DNA from: Octopus bimaculoides
Taxonomy: Eukaryota
Direction: 5' to 3'
NCBI RefSeq assembly: GCF_001194135.2
Contig: NC_068984.1
Span: 4,606,789-4,670,788, forward strand
DNA: 64,000 bases
Part shown: positions 49,201-63,283 of the stretch, one piece after another
Position numbering within the stretch: position 1 is the first letter of the stretch
Layout of the letters: every line of letters starts with the position of its first letter
The notes under the pieces: generated by a model
Database searches by the model: none
Seen by the model: the letters and a program-made list of their open reading frames with translations, nothing else
What the model was told of the DNA's origin: nothing
Program-made: the position numbers and the translations under genes

Positions 49201-51382
49201 GTTTAATGTCTGTTTTCCATACTGGCTTGAATTGGATGGATTGACAGGACCTTCACTAGGTTCCAATTGTCTGTTTTGGTATGGTTTCTATGGCTGGATG
49301 CCTTTCCCAATGCCAACCACTTTATAGAGTGTACTGGCTGCTTTTTACATGGCACCAAAACAAGTGCTTTTATATGTGGCAGCAGCACAAATATAAAATA
49401 AAGTTATTTTATTCCACACGAATAGAAATAAAGAAAAAAGAAGTTGAAAATGTGCTGGGATTCATTTAGATTTTTTAATTTTATATTTTTAAATTGGAAG
49501 AAATTTGCAGCAAAGCTCCAAGTCTTTCTATCGTGACTTTTGAAAATCAGGAATTTGTGAAACCGGTTAAATCTTTCAAAATTTGAAAATGAAAAATAAA
49601 AAATTCTTAACAAATCCCTGTGCATTTTCAATCTCTTTCATAAATATATGTGTGTATGTGTGTGTGTGTGTGTGTGTGCATTTATTTATGCTTTTATGTA
49701 AGCAAATGTGATGTATGTTGTTAATTTCTTTGAGTATTTACATCTGAAATTGATTCATATATTTAGGAATTTTATTTGTACTGTTTAGATGTTGAATTTT
49801 AATACAGACTTGTTCCTTTTGTGTACCTTTTAATTTTTACCAAAATATTCCAGTGTAGTCTTTGAGTTGTTTCTAGCTCTGCATGTAATTTCTAATGTTT
49901 TGCATATAACAAGCATGTACTTAACATGGATATACTGTCGAAAGCCACAAAACCGCAGTATTTGTCTCAAGAAAGCTTCTCATATTGACATATAGTGCTA
50001 GAAGGCAGATAAGTTTATCAGTTGCAGATGAAAAGCATCCAGCAACATGATGAGGGAGGAAAGAGCCCAGGGTTCAACATAGAGCAGGGTCCAACCTACC
50101 CCCAAATGGTGCAGATCGCTACTACAAAGTTGTCCGCAACCAGGTCTATAAATCCCACATGAGTCCTGAATTCCCACATAAGACGAGAGGAGGACAAAAC
50201 ATTGAACTAAGAATATTGTGCAGCTGTGTCCTGCCAAATCCTCATTCCTCAAAATAACAAGGAGAGAGTCCAATATTCTAAGGCAATAGTCTTCTTCCAA
50301 TCATATTTAAGAAGGATAAAGGCTGTACTCTTGTGTTAAATGTGACAGGGACTTGTTAAACAATGTCCTGATTATCTCCTTAATTACTGGGTATTTCTCT
50401 AATTACTAGTTATCTTCCAAAATGCTCCATTGCTTCTTGCTTAATATAAACAAAACTTAAAAATAACGAAAGAAACTCTACTACTACTATTACTACTACT
50501 ACTACTACTACTACTAGTATTATCACCACCATTACTACTATAATTACAAGAAACCCATTGCCAGTCAAAGTAAAGTAGTAAAGTTTGTATATTTTCATCA
50601 ATTCAATGTATTATTGTTGCTCAATACATATAAATATGATGACCTACAATAATGGTATGTTGAGAGAATTTAATTCACATTGCAGTTGACTATCCTTCCT
50701 CTGGAGTCAATAAAATAATCGTTAGTAATGTAATTACTTAGTTAATTTTATCAAGTATAACATCTTTGTGTCAAACCCAGAACTGTGTCTAGAGGCAGAT
50801 GCAGTCATTTTGTTTTTAGTCTCTGACAGTCTACAGCATTGTCTATAATATACGTATGTATGTATATACGTATGTATGTTTGTAGTCTGTATACTTAACT
50901 GGCAATCCTACCAAGCCTGCCTGCTTGGTAAGAAGGGTAGTTTTTATTGGACACTCCGCAGGAGGAAACACAAACCCTATCAAAGGGCAGATAACGTAGG
51001 GTCAACAGCCATCAAACAACTGGGAGTGAGAGACCAGTGACCTTTGCTTAGACATCTTTCTAAGAGATGGAAAACTCTGATGTAATGCCTGCGACTTCCT
51101 TTGCATCCAATGATGTAGACGAGTCCTTCTTTTTGGACAAATGCATACAAACAATTTAGGGAGTGGGATTGGCCCTGTGCAAAGCCTTTTTTCACTTTAA
51201 AATGCTCCAGGCACAGGGGTCGCTTGTTTTGTAACATTTCTATTTTATGTTGCATTCTGTGTCTGGCTGTAGCTGAGAAAGGCAAAAAACCTCAATGGAA
51301 AAATTCATGATGGAATGAAGGGATGTGTCAGCATGGGTGGTAACCCTGGAAACACCCCCTCCTGCAAGAGGGGCCCCCTCAT

Positions 51383-51448
51383 TGCCACATCTGGTTAAAA
51401 GAGTGTAAGTCTCTAGCAGGACTGAAAAACCACATCTGAGCTGCTCAT
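51383..51448 (+). pseudogene. Degenerate C2H2 zinc-finger relic, probably from a non-LTR retroelement ORF
   Basis: CHIWLKECKSLAGLKNHI*AAH fits C-x2-C-x3-F-x5-L-x2-H-x4-H spacing, with C replaced by W and a TGA probably derived from CGA. Confidence 0.45.
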
Positions 51449-54264
51449 ATTTAAGAGAACAATCAAATGATGTCACTACTCGAAATCTAGCTGCATCCAT
51501 CTTGTATGTCTACAAAACAATTATTATGTTATGTTCCAGCTGGGAGAGAGTCATTAGCACATTGGACAGAATGCTTTGTGGACTTTCTTCTAGTTCTTTA
51601 CATTCTGAGTTCAAATCCTGCTGAGGTCAGCTTTGCATTTCATCCTTTCAAAGTCAATAAAAAAAACGTACCAGTCAAATACTAGGTCAACGTAATTAGC
51701 TATCTCCCCCCTCCCTTTAAAAAATTTCTCTTTTGTGCCACCATTTGAGTTCAAATCATACCAAGGTTGATTTTATTTGTCATCCTGTAGATGCAGGCAT
51801 GGCTGTGTGGTTAAGCAGCTTGTTTCCTAATCACCACTTTCAGGTTCAGTCCCACTGCATAGCACCTTGGTAAGTGTGTTTTACTAAAACCCTGGGTCAA
51901 CCAACCTTGTGAGTTGATTTGGTAGATGAAAACTGAAAGAAGCCCAGCATACATATGTGTGTGTGTGTGTGTGTGTGTGTGTTTGTGTGTGTCTCCTTAT
52001 CTTGACATTGTACTGGTGCCATGTAGAAAGCAGCCAGTAGACCCCATAAAGTGGTTGGCATTAGAAAGAGCATCTAGCTGTAGATCAGTCATTTGGTTCT
52101 TATTGTGCCTTGTGGCACTTGAGGCAAAAACAAGATCATTCCACCTTCTAAAACGGAAAGCATCCTTCACAGCTTGTTCCATTGTTAACTCTCTGCTTTT
52201 AAGATTGTTCTCTGCCATGTTTCCTTTGGTCGGCCACGTCTTCTTTTACCTTGTAGAGAACCCATTGCAAAACGATTCTGACAATTGAGTTCAGTTTATA
52301 GTGACAAACTCGACCCAGTCCTTTTCATCTCCTTGCTTCAATAGTTTTTCCAGCTGTAGAAACCCTACAAAAATAGACAATGGAGCCTGGCACAGCTTTC
52401 CGGTTTGCCAGTTCCTGTCAAACTGTCCAACCCATATCAGCATGGAAAATGGATGTTAGACGATGGTGATGACGTGCAGTAGTTGTAAAGGAGTGTGACT
52501 GTTATATAAGCAGTGTTATTCATTGTGACTCTAATGTGAAAACATGTCCTTCCTAGGGGAAATATTATCTTGCTTAGAAACACGTAAGTGTTGGCAGAGG
52601 GAAGGATATTTGTTTACGGAAAATGGGATTTGGTGAATTCTATCTGACCCATGCTCACATGGAAATGTGGACTTTAAAACTATGATTGTGATCTTTACAG
52701 AATTTCTAAAATAAGGACCTGCGAGATTTCATTTTTCTTTTCTTTTCTTTATTTTTTATTATGTTATCTCTTTTAAATGGGGTTCACTTTTCATGAAAGA
52801 GTATGTTTATGTCAAAGGGAATACATCTATATAGGGGCAGATGTGGTTGTGTGTTAAGAAGTTTGCTTCCCAACCACATGGTTCTGGGTTCAGTCCCACT
52901 GTGTAGCACATTGGGCGAGTGTCTTCTGCTATAGTTTTGAGCCTACCAAACCCATGTGAGAGGATTTGGTAGGTGGAAACTTGAAGAAGCTTGTCATCTA
53001 TATGTGTGTTTGTGTCTGTGTTTATCTCCCACCTCTGCTTGACAGCTGGTGTTGGTTTGTTTATATCTCCATAACTTCGTGGTTTGACAAAGAGACCGAT
53101 AGAAAAAACACCACGCTTAAAAAATAAAAAAAATAAATACTGGGGTTGATTTGTTCAGCCAAAATTCTTCATAGTGGTACCCTAGCATGGCTGCAGTCAG
53201 ATGATTGAAACAAGTAAAAGAATAAAAGAATATTTGTGTGTGTCTGTCTGTGTAGGAGTGTGTGAGTGTGTGTGTGTGTGTGTGTGTTGGTAATACCGTT
53301 TCTGATTGATGCTGTGCATGTGATGGCAATAAAGTGGGGTTGATGCCATCGACTAACCCCGTCCCCTTAAAATTGCTGCTGTTGTGCCAAAATCAAAGAC
53401 TGTTCCATTTAAGTGTTATTTTATATTTTTTTTGAATTTCAATAAAATTTTTGCTGTTTTTGCGAAGAATGTTTGAAATGGCTTTTAGAGACAGAAAGAA
53501 AATAAAATCATAATCATTTATAACATTAGACCAAATATTAGTGAAAGTTCCTGCCAGAAGATAAAGAATGAGGCCAATTTTTTTCTGATACAAATCAATT
53601 CATGAAAAATAGAATGGTTTTAAGAAAATTAAGAAAATTAATTTTAGGAGTAGAAATAAGAAATAACAAAATTATTTTTAATAATCTAAAAAAATAGACC
53701 AAAAATGACCATTGAGACTTTAATATTGTCATCACTGAAAATTTTCAAGACAAGCAATGTGTTCTTTGTGAAGATTAGCTTTTAATATGTTACTACTGAT
53801 TTTAGGTGGCACCAGTCCACACTGTAAAGTAGTTGGCATTTGGAAGGACATCCAACTGTAAAAACCATGCCAAAACTGACCTTTCCTGTGCTGGTGTGAT
53901 GTAAAAACACTCTGCCCACTATGTGGGATGGTTGGTTTTAGGGAGGGCATCCAGACACAGAAGTCTGGTGCAGTCTTCTGCCTGACCAGCTGCTGTCAAA
54001 CTGTCCAACCCATGCCAGCATGGAAGGTGGGCATTAAACGCTGATGATAAGCTGTTGGCTCACTGGGCAAAATACTTAGTGTCCTCATGTCACTCTTTAT
54101 GCTCTGAGTTCAAATTCTGCCATGGTCAACTTTGCTTTTTATCCTTTCGGGGCTGATAAAATAAGTTTCTGTTGAGCATTGGGGTTGATGTAATTGACCA
54201 TCCCCCCCCCCATCTCCTCCGAAACTGCTGGCCTTGCATCAAAATTTGAAACCAATATGTAATT

Positions 54265-55008
54265 CCTGATGTGTGTTGGCTTATCTGGATCCTTGAGCTG
54301 GTGGAGACCTTAATAGCTTGGAGACAAAATGTCTCTTCGTGTCACTTTCTCAAAACTTCTGATCCCAGTTACAATTTTGTCCATTGATTATTCTGGTTGT
54401 GCCAAGGAGGCAAACCTTTTGTAAGAGTTCTACTGGGCACTCTATTCCAATTTCCTTCATATTCCTCTTGAGGCCTTCTGATACTGTCCCCCACAAGGAC
54501 CCAACAATAATTGGTACTATCTTCACTATTTTCATTTTCCAAAGCCACACTATTTTATACTTAAGAGGGTTGTGTCTATTTTTTTGCCTTCCTTCTTGAC
54601 TATTCGTGGGTCAAAGGGGCATGCAACGTCAAGTATACAGTGTATGTGGTGCACCTTGTCCACCACCAATAGGTCTGGTCTGTTATGTTCTAGCACCTGA
54701 TCTGTTTGGATTGGGAAATCCCAGAGGATCTTGCAGGTCTCTGGCTCTGCCACTCTCTGTGGTTTGTGTTCATACCACGTCTTGCTTCTCTCTAGCCCCC
54801 ATTTTTCGCACAGTTTCCAATATAGCACTATTAATACCTCATCATGTCACTACAACTTGTAGTGGTTTTGGGCAAGTCTAGGGCATTCGTTTGCGATACA
54901 AGCAATGGTTTTGTCTACTCTGTTACAGATGTGGCACAGTAGAGGCATTTTCTCATTCCTAAGGTTGACCCTCCATTTCATAGCCGAGACTTGGTCTTGT
55001 GCTGCCAT
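54265..55008 (-). mobile_element. 3' end of an RLE-type non-LTR retrotransposon (R4/Dong-like)
   Basis: AAQDQ...CHICNRVDKTIACIANEC (CCHC knuckle relic), HDEV..LYWKLC, KILWDFPIQTD..HNRPDLLVVDK...ILDVACPFD (PD..D restriction-like endonuclease), VPIIVGSL. Contains stops and frameshifts. Confidence 0.88.
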
Positions 55009-56304
55009 ATTGGAATTGTTAGTGTGTCAGGCAAAATGCCTAACAACATTTCTTTCAACTCTTTTTGTTCTGAGTTCAAATCCTGCCAAGGTTAACAGAC
55101 TATGGAACCACCTCCATCATCGTTGCCATCATTGTCATCATCATCACTGTCATCATCATCACTGTCATCATCATCATTGTCATCATCGTCATCATCATCA
55201 TCGTACAAAATCTGTCATGTATTAATTTAATTAGCAGTGATGTTATCCTGAAGATTGCTGACAAAAAAGTCTCCTCAAATCTCAGGAATCCTTCCCAGGA
55301 TTATTATTATTTTATAAAAAATATGTGTGGAGTATAATACACGTTCGTTCCTGTGTTGTTGTTCTAGTTGTTGTTGCATTCACCTCTGTAGAAAGAACCT
55401 GTTGAAGACTTCTATGGGAAACTGTTTCGAATATCTTTTCTGTCTGACATTTGTAACTAGAGTGAGAGAATAGACTACAGGTATGTTGTTAATCCTTGAG
55501 GATTAAGATTAAGGCTAAGTATAATCTTCGTACTCAGTGGATTATGATGATGTTTAAGTAGTTTTGTCATTTTCTGAAATGTGAAAACACTTTTTGGATT
55601 AATGTTTCTACCAATTGTTTTTATTATTTTAGAAAAAAAAACAACAACCTGTTTTAGATGTGGCTTTTTATTCTTTTACTTGTTTTAGTCATTTGACTGC
55701 GGCCATGCTGGAGCACCACCTTACAGGGGGGTTTCTAAGTCAAAGAAATCGACCCAGGATTTATTCTTTGTAAGCCTAGTACTTATTCTATCAGTCTGAG
55801 GTAAACACACCAACATCGGTTGTCAAGCAATGGTGGGGGAACAAACACAAACACACACATATATATACATAGATATAGATATACAATGGGCTTCTTTCAG
55901 TTTCTGTCTACCAAATCCACTCACAAGGCTTTGGTTGGCCTGAAGTTATAGTAGAAGACGCTCAAGGTGCCATGCAGTAAGGCCGAACCCGGAACCATGT
56001 GGTTGGGGAGCAAGCTTCTTACCACAGAGCCATGCTTGGACCTAAATTCTCGTAGTAAGTGTATGTGTGTGTGTGTGTGTGTGTCCTTGTGTGTGATAGT
56101 TGTAAACAAGTGTCACTGCCATACAGGCAGTCATTCATTTCCAGGATTCTGAGAGAACATGACTGGAAGGGCATCCAGCCATAGACAATTTGCCTCAACG
56201 GGTTCCTTCTGACTCATGCAACCATGGGAAAAATAGACATAAAAAGAATGATGATGATAATGGCAATCATGATGACAATGATACAAGCATTGAAGAGAAA
56301 TTCT

Positions 56305-56508
56305 TCTCCAGCCTTCATCGGGTGTCCTGGGGAAATTTCAAACCTGGGTTCTCATTCCTAAGGTATTTTTCAATGTTGTTGTTGTTATTATAATTATTAT
56401 TATTATTATTGAAGTCATTGCCTGGAATCGAACTCGGAATCCTGGGGTTAATAGCCCACGCTCTCAACCACTATGATTCTGAGTTCGATTCCAAGCAGTG
56501 ACCTGAAC

Positions 56509-56542
<34 letters not shown>

Positions 56543-56550
56543 TTGAGAAA
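56305..56550 (-). mobile_element. Same family (copy 3), 3'-truncated, with an inverted duplicate of its head
   Basis: - strand reads tRNA head, (AAT)n, ttaggaatgagaac, gaaatttccccaggacac-CCGATGA-AGGCTGG. A + strand partial head (B box) with (AAT)n follows at 56476-56550. Confidence 0.6.
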
Positions 56551-57385
56551 TTTTTTTCTTTCTACATTTTTTCTCTTGTTTCTAACCATTTTTACCATTC
56601 TGTAAGTGTTTGTATATACCTAAAAAGTGAGCCATCAACTCCTGATTTCATGTCTTTCTCTTGGCACCACATTGGAAATAAAGACCTGTCATTACTGATG
56701 CCATGTCTAGTAATTGGACAGTTAATGTTTGTATCATCTCCAAAATTATAGACCTGTGCCGTACTGTCAAGTTTCCTTCTAAACGCAAACAATATTTAAT
56801 GCAAAGATGTTGTTTATTGTCTATTTTTAAGTCACAAATCCCTCAGGTTTCTCATTCGGGATGTAGATAATGACTATCTCTGCAAAAGCTTTGCGTAGAT
56901 TGATGCAGGTATGGTTGTGTTGTAAGAAATTTTGCACTCCAACTACGTGGTTCCGTGTTCAGTCCCAACGTGTAGTACCTTGGGCAAGTGTCTTCTACTA
57001 TAGCCCAGGGCTGACCAAAACCTTGTCAGTGGATTTGGTAGTTGGAAACAAAATGAAATCCATTATGTGTGTATATATCATCATCATCATCATCATCGTT
57101 TAACATCCAGTTTCCATACTACCATGGGTTGGACAGTTTGACTGAGAACTGGCAGGCCGGGAGGCTGCACCAGGCTCCAGTCTGATTTGGCAGGGTTTCT
57201 ACAGCTGAATGCCTTTCTTAATGCCAACCCCTCTGATAGTTTAGTGGGTACTTTTTCGTGCTACCAGCACAGGGGCCACTTAGCTGGTACTGGCATCGAC
57301 CATGCTCAAATGGTGTTTTTTGCATGCCATTGGCATGGGTGCCAGTCACGTGGTACTGGCATTGGTCACGACAAGGATTTCATAT

Positions 57386-57456
<71 letters not shown>

Positions 57457-60400
57457 ATGGCCCATTATATATAATGATGATGTATATAAGTGTTTGTCTT
57501 TTACCACTAAAGTAAGTACTAGGCTTAAAAGAAAATAAGCACTGGGGTCAATGTGTTTAACTAAAATTCTTCAACATGGTGCCCCAGCATGGCCACAGTC
57601 TAAATGACTGAAACAAATCAAAGACAAAAGATATATCTTAACTTTTAAGGATACTGTCCTTAAAATCATTAACAGCAGACAAATGAAAGTCAAGCATTGT
57701 ACGTACGTCAACCCCCAACGTATTCTAAATTTTGCTGCAGTACACCATTTAACTGTAGTCTGCTTCTTTTATTCTTCTGCACCATTTTCCATTCTGGTGG
57801 AATCAACTATTTACAGGATGAGTGATGGGAAGACATGGATTAAATTATATTTGCATCACTAAACTTTGCTTTATATATATTTCTGAATTCATTGATTTTT
57901 CTTGGTTTATTGTGAAACTGTAGAGAATTTTGGTTTTGTTTACGTCTTCCTTTTTTTTTTTTTATCAAATCTAAAAGACACACATAAAAAAAAAAAATTT
58001 GAATAAATAATACAGGAAACATTTTGTTTAATGCAGTAATGATGAGTGTTTGTAAATTGAACAAGATTCTCAGTATTTTCACTGGAAAAATTTATTGAGG
58101 ATTGTTTTGCTGTTTTTGTTTCGATTAGAAATCTGTGAAAAGTAATTGAAGATATGTGAGGCATAGATAGACAGATCGACATATGTATAATATATATATA
58201 TATANNNNNNNNNNNNNNNNNNNNNNNNNNNNNNNNNNNNNNNNNNNNNNNNNNNNNNNNNNNNNNNNNNNNNNNNNNNNNNNNNNNNNNNNNNNNNNNN
58301 NNNNNNNNNNNNNNNNNNNNNNNNNNNNNNNNNNNNNNNNNNNNNNNNNNNNNNNNNNNNNNNNNNNNNNNNNNNNNNNNNNNNNNNNNNNNNNNNNNNN
58401 NNNNNNNNNNNNNNNNNNNNNNNNNNNNNNNNNNNNNNNNNNNNNNNNNNNNNNNNNNNNNNNNNNNNNNNNNNNNNNNNNNNNNNNNNNNNNNNNNNNN
58501 NNNNNNNNNNNNNNNNNNNNNNNNNNNNNNNNNNNNNNNNNNNNNNNNNNNNNNNNNNNNNNNNNNNNNNNNNNNNNNNNNNNNNNNNNNNNNNNNNNNN
58601 NNNNNNNNNNNNNNNNNNNNNNNNNNNNNNNNNNNNNNNNNNNNNNNNNNNNNNNNNNNNNNNNNNNNNNNNNNNNNNNNNNNNNNNNNNNNNNNNNNNN
58701 NNNNNNNNNNNNNNNNNNNNNNNNNNNNNNNNNNNNNNNNNNNNNNNNNNNNNNNNNNNNNNNNNNNNNNNNNNNNNNNNNNNNNNNNNNNNNNNNNNNN
58801 NNNNNNNNNNNNNNNNNNNNNNNNNGGTTAAAGGGGAGACCAGAGTTACATAGATTAGAGGAAATAATCATTCGATGAAACTTATTTTTGCATAGCATTC
58901 TGAAAGAGAGAGAACCGTTCTCAATGATCAATTCTTTTGGTTAAAAAAATGAATAAATAAATGAACCACTACCACCACCATCAAAAAAAAAAAAAACTAC
59001 CAAAAAGTGTTTTTAATGAATTGTTTTACTTCGTAGCCATATTAAACACCCTTTGTTGTTTCTTTATTGTCTTTACTCTGTGTGTGTGTGAAGGACTGGT
59101 TTCATGTAGTCATGTTCTTTCTTTGTCCACAATATAAAGAGCTTGTGAGCAAAAAACTGGTTTCCTTGAAAGAAAATGTTGTGGTGTACCTAAACCCTTT
59201 TGACACCAACCCACCTGAGACCGCCATCCTTGGTTCTGTGATATAAACTTCATGTCTTAAAGTGATCTAAATTAAAACCTTGCATCAAAATTCCATGTTA
59301 ATTTATCTTCCAAACCCCAGATTAATCATGGACAGTTATTTTACATAATTCTTCATTATTTTCACAATTACTTGAAATAAAGGCAGAGTATTCCAACAGA
59401 TTAAAAGCTTCCATCAAAATTTCAGGCTAATTTGTTCCAAACACTGGATTCGTAATGACAAAGTTATTTTAATAAATTCTTTATTGCATTTCAGTAGAAA
59501 TTTGGTGACCTCTTTCAATCTTATCCAATCTTTATATTTGTTATCCCACTTCTCTCTTCTTGCCCATTCCCCATCTCTCATTTCCCCATACTCTCTTGCA
59601 ACCCCTACTCATCTAGGCTCCCTGTTCTTCTGCCCCTTCTCCTTTCTACTCACCTTGTATCTTGACAGTCCACCCAGGTACCACCTCATCACCATTAGAT
59701 TTTTGTCTCCTTCCAGCTCCACCCTGATCATTCCTCACCCTTTCTTGTATAATGTGAGTAGTCATGTAGCTCCTCTACAGCAAGAAACCTGTTTTGCTCT
59801 GTCCCCTTCTCTCATAATTTAATCCCTCACCTCCTAGCTCAGGGCTCTTGCATGGCAGCATTAATGCTTCTGGAGCCATGAAAAAGTATTCAGTACCAGC
59901 TGTAAAATAGTTTGTATTAGAAAGTACATCTAGTTGCAGAAATCATACTAAAGTAGATAGTGGAGTACAATGCAGTCGTTGGGCCCCGTCAAGTCCTGTC
60001 AAACTGTCCAACCCATGTCAGCATGGATGTCACAAATGGTGAGGACAATGCTGATGACTTGTGAACATGCCAACATTATGCTGAGAGCAAGTATTTATAG
60101 CCAAGTGTAACAAAGAGAATAAAAGTGTGTCATATAACTAAAAAGTGATTCTGTTTTATGACTGACTTCAGCATTGAGAGCTGATAAGAGCAAATAACAA
60201 GGTTAGATAAAACCATTTAACCTTGTTATTTGGTCTGATCAGTTAGGAACAGTCAGCAATTGTATTGAGTGTTCATGTCTTTCTGTCAGCACAGTAAAAG
60301 AATTTCAACATGAATGTATCACACTGTTTATGTATCTATCAACGATTCTGTCATAGGTGCAGGTGTGGTAAGAAGCTTGTTTCCCAATCACATGGTTCTG

Positions 60401-63283
60401 GGCTCAGTCCCACTGCATGACACCTCAGACAAGTGTCTTCTACTATAGTCTCAGTGGATTTGTGTGTGTGTCTTTGTTTGTCCTCCACCACTGCCTGGCA
60501 ATCAGTGTTGGTGTGTTTATGTCCCCGTAACTTAGCAGTTTGGCAAAAAAGACTGAGAGAATAAGTACCGATCTAGGAAAAAAAGCCCTGGGGTTGATTT
60601 GTTTGGCTAAAAGGACTTCAAGGCAGTGCTCCGCATGGTCACAATCTAATGACTGACAGAAGAAAACATAAAAGACACAGTATTTTGCTCATTATACAGT
60701 TTAAATATTTTTTATAACTTTTATCTTTTTAACCAAGTTTCTTGTACACATTGCATGTGACAGGGAGACAAGACTATCATTTCCCCATATAGGATATTAA
60801 ACATGACTTTATTATCATATCATGGAGGTATTGAGGGTCACCCAAACACCTAACCATCACTGTTTTTATCTCTTTCCAGTTTCATCCAGACCCCCCCCCC
60901 CCTCACTTCTAAATTGCAAGTGGTCATGTAGTTCTCTTATAGTAAGAAACCTGTTCTGCTCTGGTCTTTCTCTCTAACTTTAACCCCTTAGCATTCAGAT
61001 TGCTTATTTATTAACATTCCTTTGTATATGGTGTGTTTGTATATTCTTAGAAAGACATTGTAGGTTAGGTGTGAGAGGTTGGACTGGGTCTGTTGTAACA
61101 TAAAACAGGTGGGGTATTTGTGCTGGATATGGCCAGGTTAAATACTAACTGGTTAAACCCCCTATTTCCTGCTTCTCTCAGGGTTCACAGTCGTGCAAAC
61201 TGCACGGCAGCCTCACCAGCGCTGGTGACAGGAAAACCTCCAGTACGCACTCTAAAGTGATTGATATTAGGAAGGGCATCCAGCTATAGAAACCATACAA
61301 AAGTAGGCACAGGAGCACAATGCAGTTCTTGGACCCACTGGATCTTGTCAAACTGTCAAACTTATGGAACATGGACGTTAAATGATGACGATGGTGATGA
61401 TGATGGTGATGATCCTTGTCAATCATTGAATTTATTTCAGTATTTCTAAGAATAGCAAAAATGCCAAGTGGTGGTTAATTGTATATTTTAGATATTTTGC
61501 TTGGCTAAAAGCAACTCTAAAGTCATAAAAATACCCACATAACAAGTCAAGGTCTCTCGAAATACCCAGATTAATAGAAACGTTGCCAAGCTTTCAAAAG
61601 TGTTGCCTGACAAGTTTCTGCTTCAGATTTCTCTTCTTGAGAAAAGAAGACTTTGTAAAACTTATCACCAGATTATTGTAGCATTTTCAATGAAAGGTAA
61701 ATTTTAGTATAAAGCATTCAGGGATGGTGGTAGCTGCTGGTGTGTGTGTGTGTGTGTGTTGCCTAAATAGCAACATGTTTGTGCTGGGAATTCAATCACA
61801 TATCTGCTGTTTAGCCTGGCAATCATCAATCATTTTTGCTTATCGTCCACTTTTCCAGGTTTGCATGAATTGGACAGAATTTGTTGAGGTACATTTTTTT
61901 CCCCTACAGCTGGATGCCTTTCCTGTTGTTAACCCTCAACTTGTTTTAAGTGAGACAATGTCTCTCTGTTGCCTTTCTTCTCTTCTACAGAGAAGACTGG
62001 CAACAAACAGCTTATGTGACAATGATGCACATTTACGACAGTCCTGTGATGTGAAGATAAGGGAACACCCAAACACCCACCCACCCCCATATACACACAC
62101 ACAATCACTCCCTCCCTCTCTCTCTCTCTCAACAAGCTTTTTCCAGATTTCATTTTTGAAATCTGCTTACAAGGCTTTTTGGCTTGGAGCTGTAGTCGAA
62201 GTGACTTGCTCAAGTGCTGTGCAGTGGGATTGACCCTGAGACTCCATGGCTGGGAAGCAAGCTCTTTACTACCTGCACCAAATGCATTAAATATCTCTCT
62301 ATCAACACCTCACCTCTCTCATCAGAGTTATGCTTTAAAAAAATGTTATGATATATTAAGAGGTGGGGGGAGGGAGGTTCCTGCCCATGACCTTTTCTAA
62401 AAGGTCTCCTTGACTGACAGGTGAAAAGGAAGGAAAAACTGACTCAAATCTTATTATAGTAAGAAGATATTAAGTGTGTCAGTCTGGAAAATTGGTTCTG
62501 AATTCTTGCAGTTGTGGAATCCATTAATAATCCTTTCTGCCTGAAATTTGGGGCAAGGGGGCCAGTCATTTAAATTTACCCCAGTACGCAACTGGTACTT
62601 AATTTACCAACCCCGAAAGGGCTTTGTACCTAGAGTAGAAAAGATTATATTCACCTCACCTTCATTCCTCATCTCTCACTCTCCCCATTCCCTTTACTCA
62701 CCTTGTACTTTGAGGGTCTCTAACCCTAATCCACACACCTCCCCACCACTATTTTATCTCTTCCCTGCCCCAACCTGATCACTCTTACCCTCTCTTCTAA
62801 AGCGGGAGTAGCTATGTAGACCCTCTACACCAAGAAACCTGCTTTTTTTGTGGCTGCTTCGATCACACTTTAACCCCTCATCCCTTAGGATAAAGCCACT
62901 TATTTTGGGGCTTGTAATCTTACAAACTGCATGGTGACCTCACTTTTAATGGCAGCATGGACCGTGTACCCAGTACATGCTGTAATGTGGTTGGCATCAG
63001 GAAGGGCATCCCCCTGTAGAACCCAAACAAAACTAGACAATGGAGAATGATGCAGTCCATGGACCCATGGAAACCTGGTCAAACTGTCCAACCCATGCCA
63101 GCATCGAATGGAAACACTAAATGATGATGATAGTGATGATGAACTTCAACAAGTTGTTAGTTTTTTTCTTCTCCCCCCCTCATTTTTTTTTTTAATGCAT
63201 GAATTTTAAGAGAATAAAAAACTTCCCCCTCCCCACCACACATCAGACTTTATAATTATATTTGTCTATTGTTTATTTTCCAG

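Noticed and set aside
50895-50990. HDV-like ribozyme
   Set aside because: The P1.1 GG and P3 pairing could not be satisfied.
50980-51500. - strand RT-like motif KKGFAQGQSHSL
   Set aside because: Only one short motif resembles RT and no flanking motifs support it; the + strand ZF spacing match is more specific.
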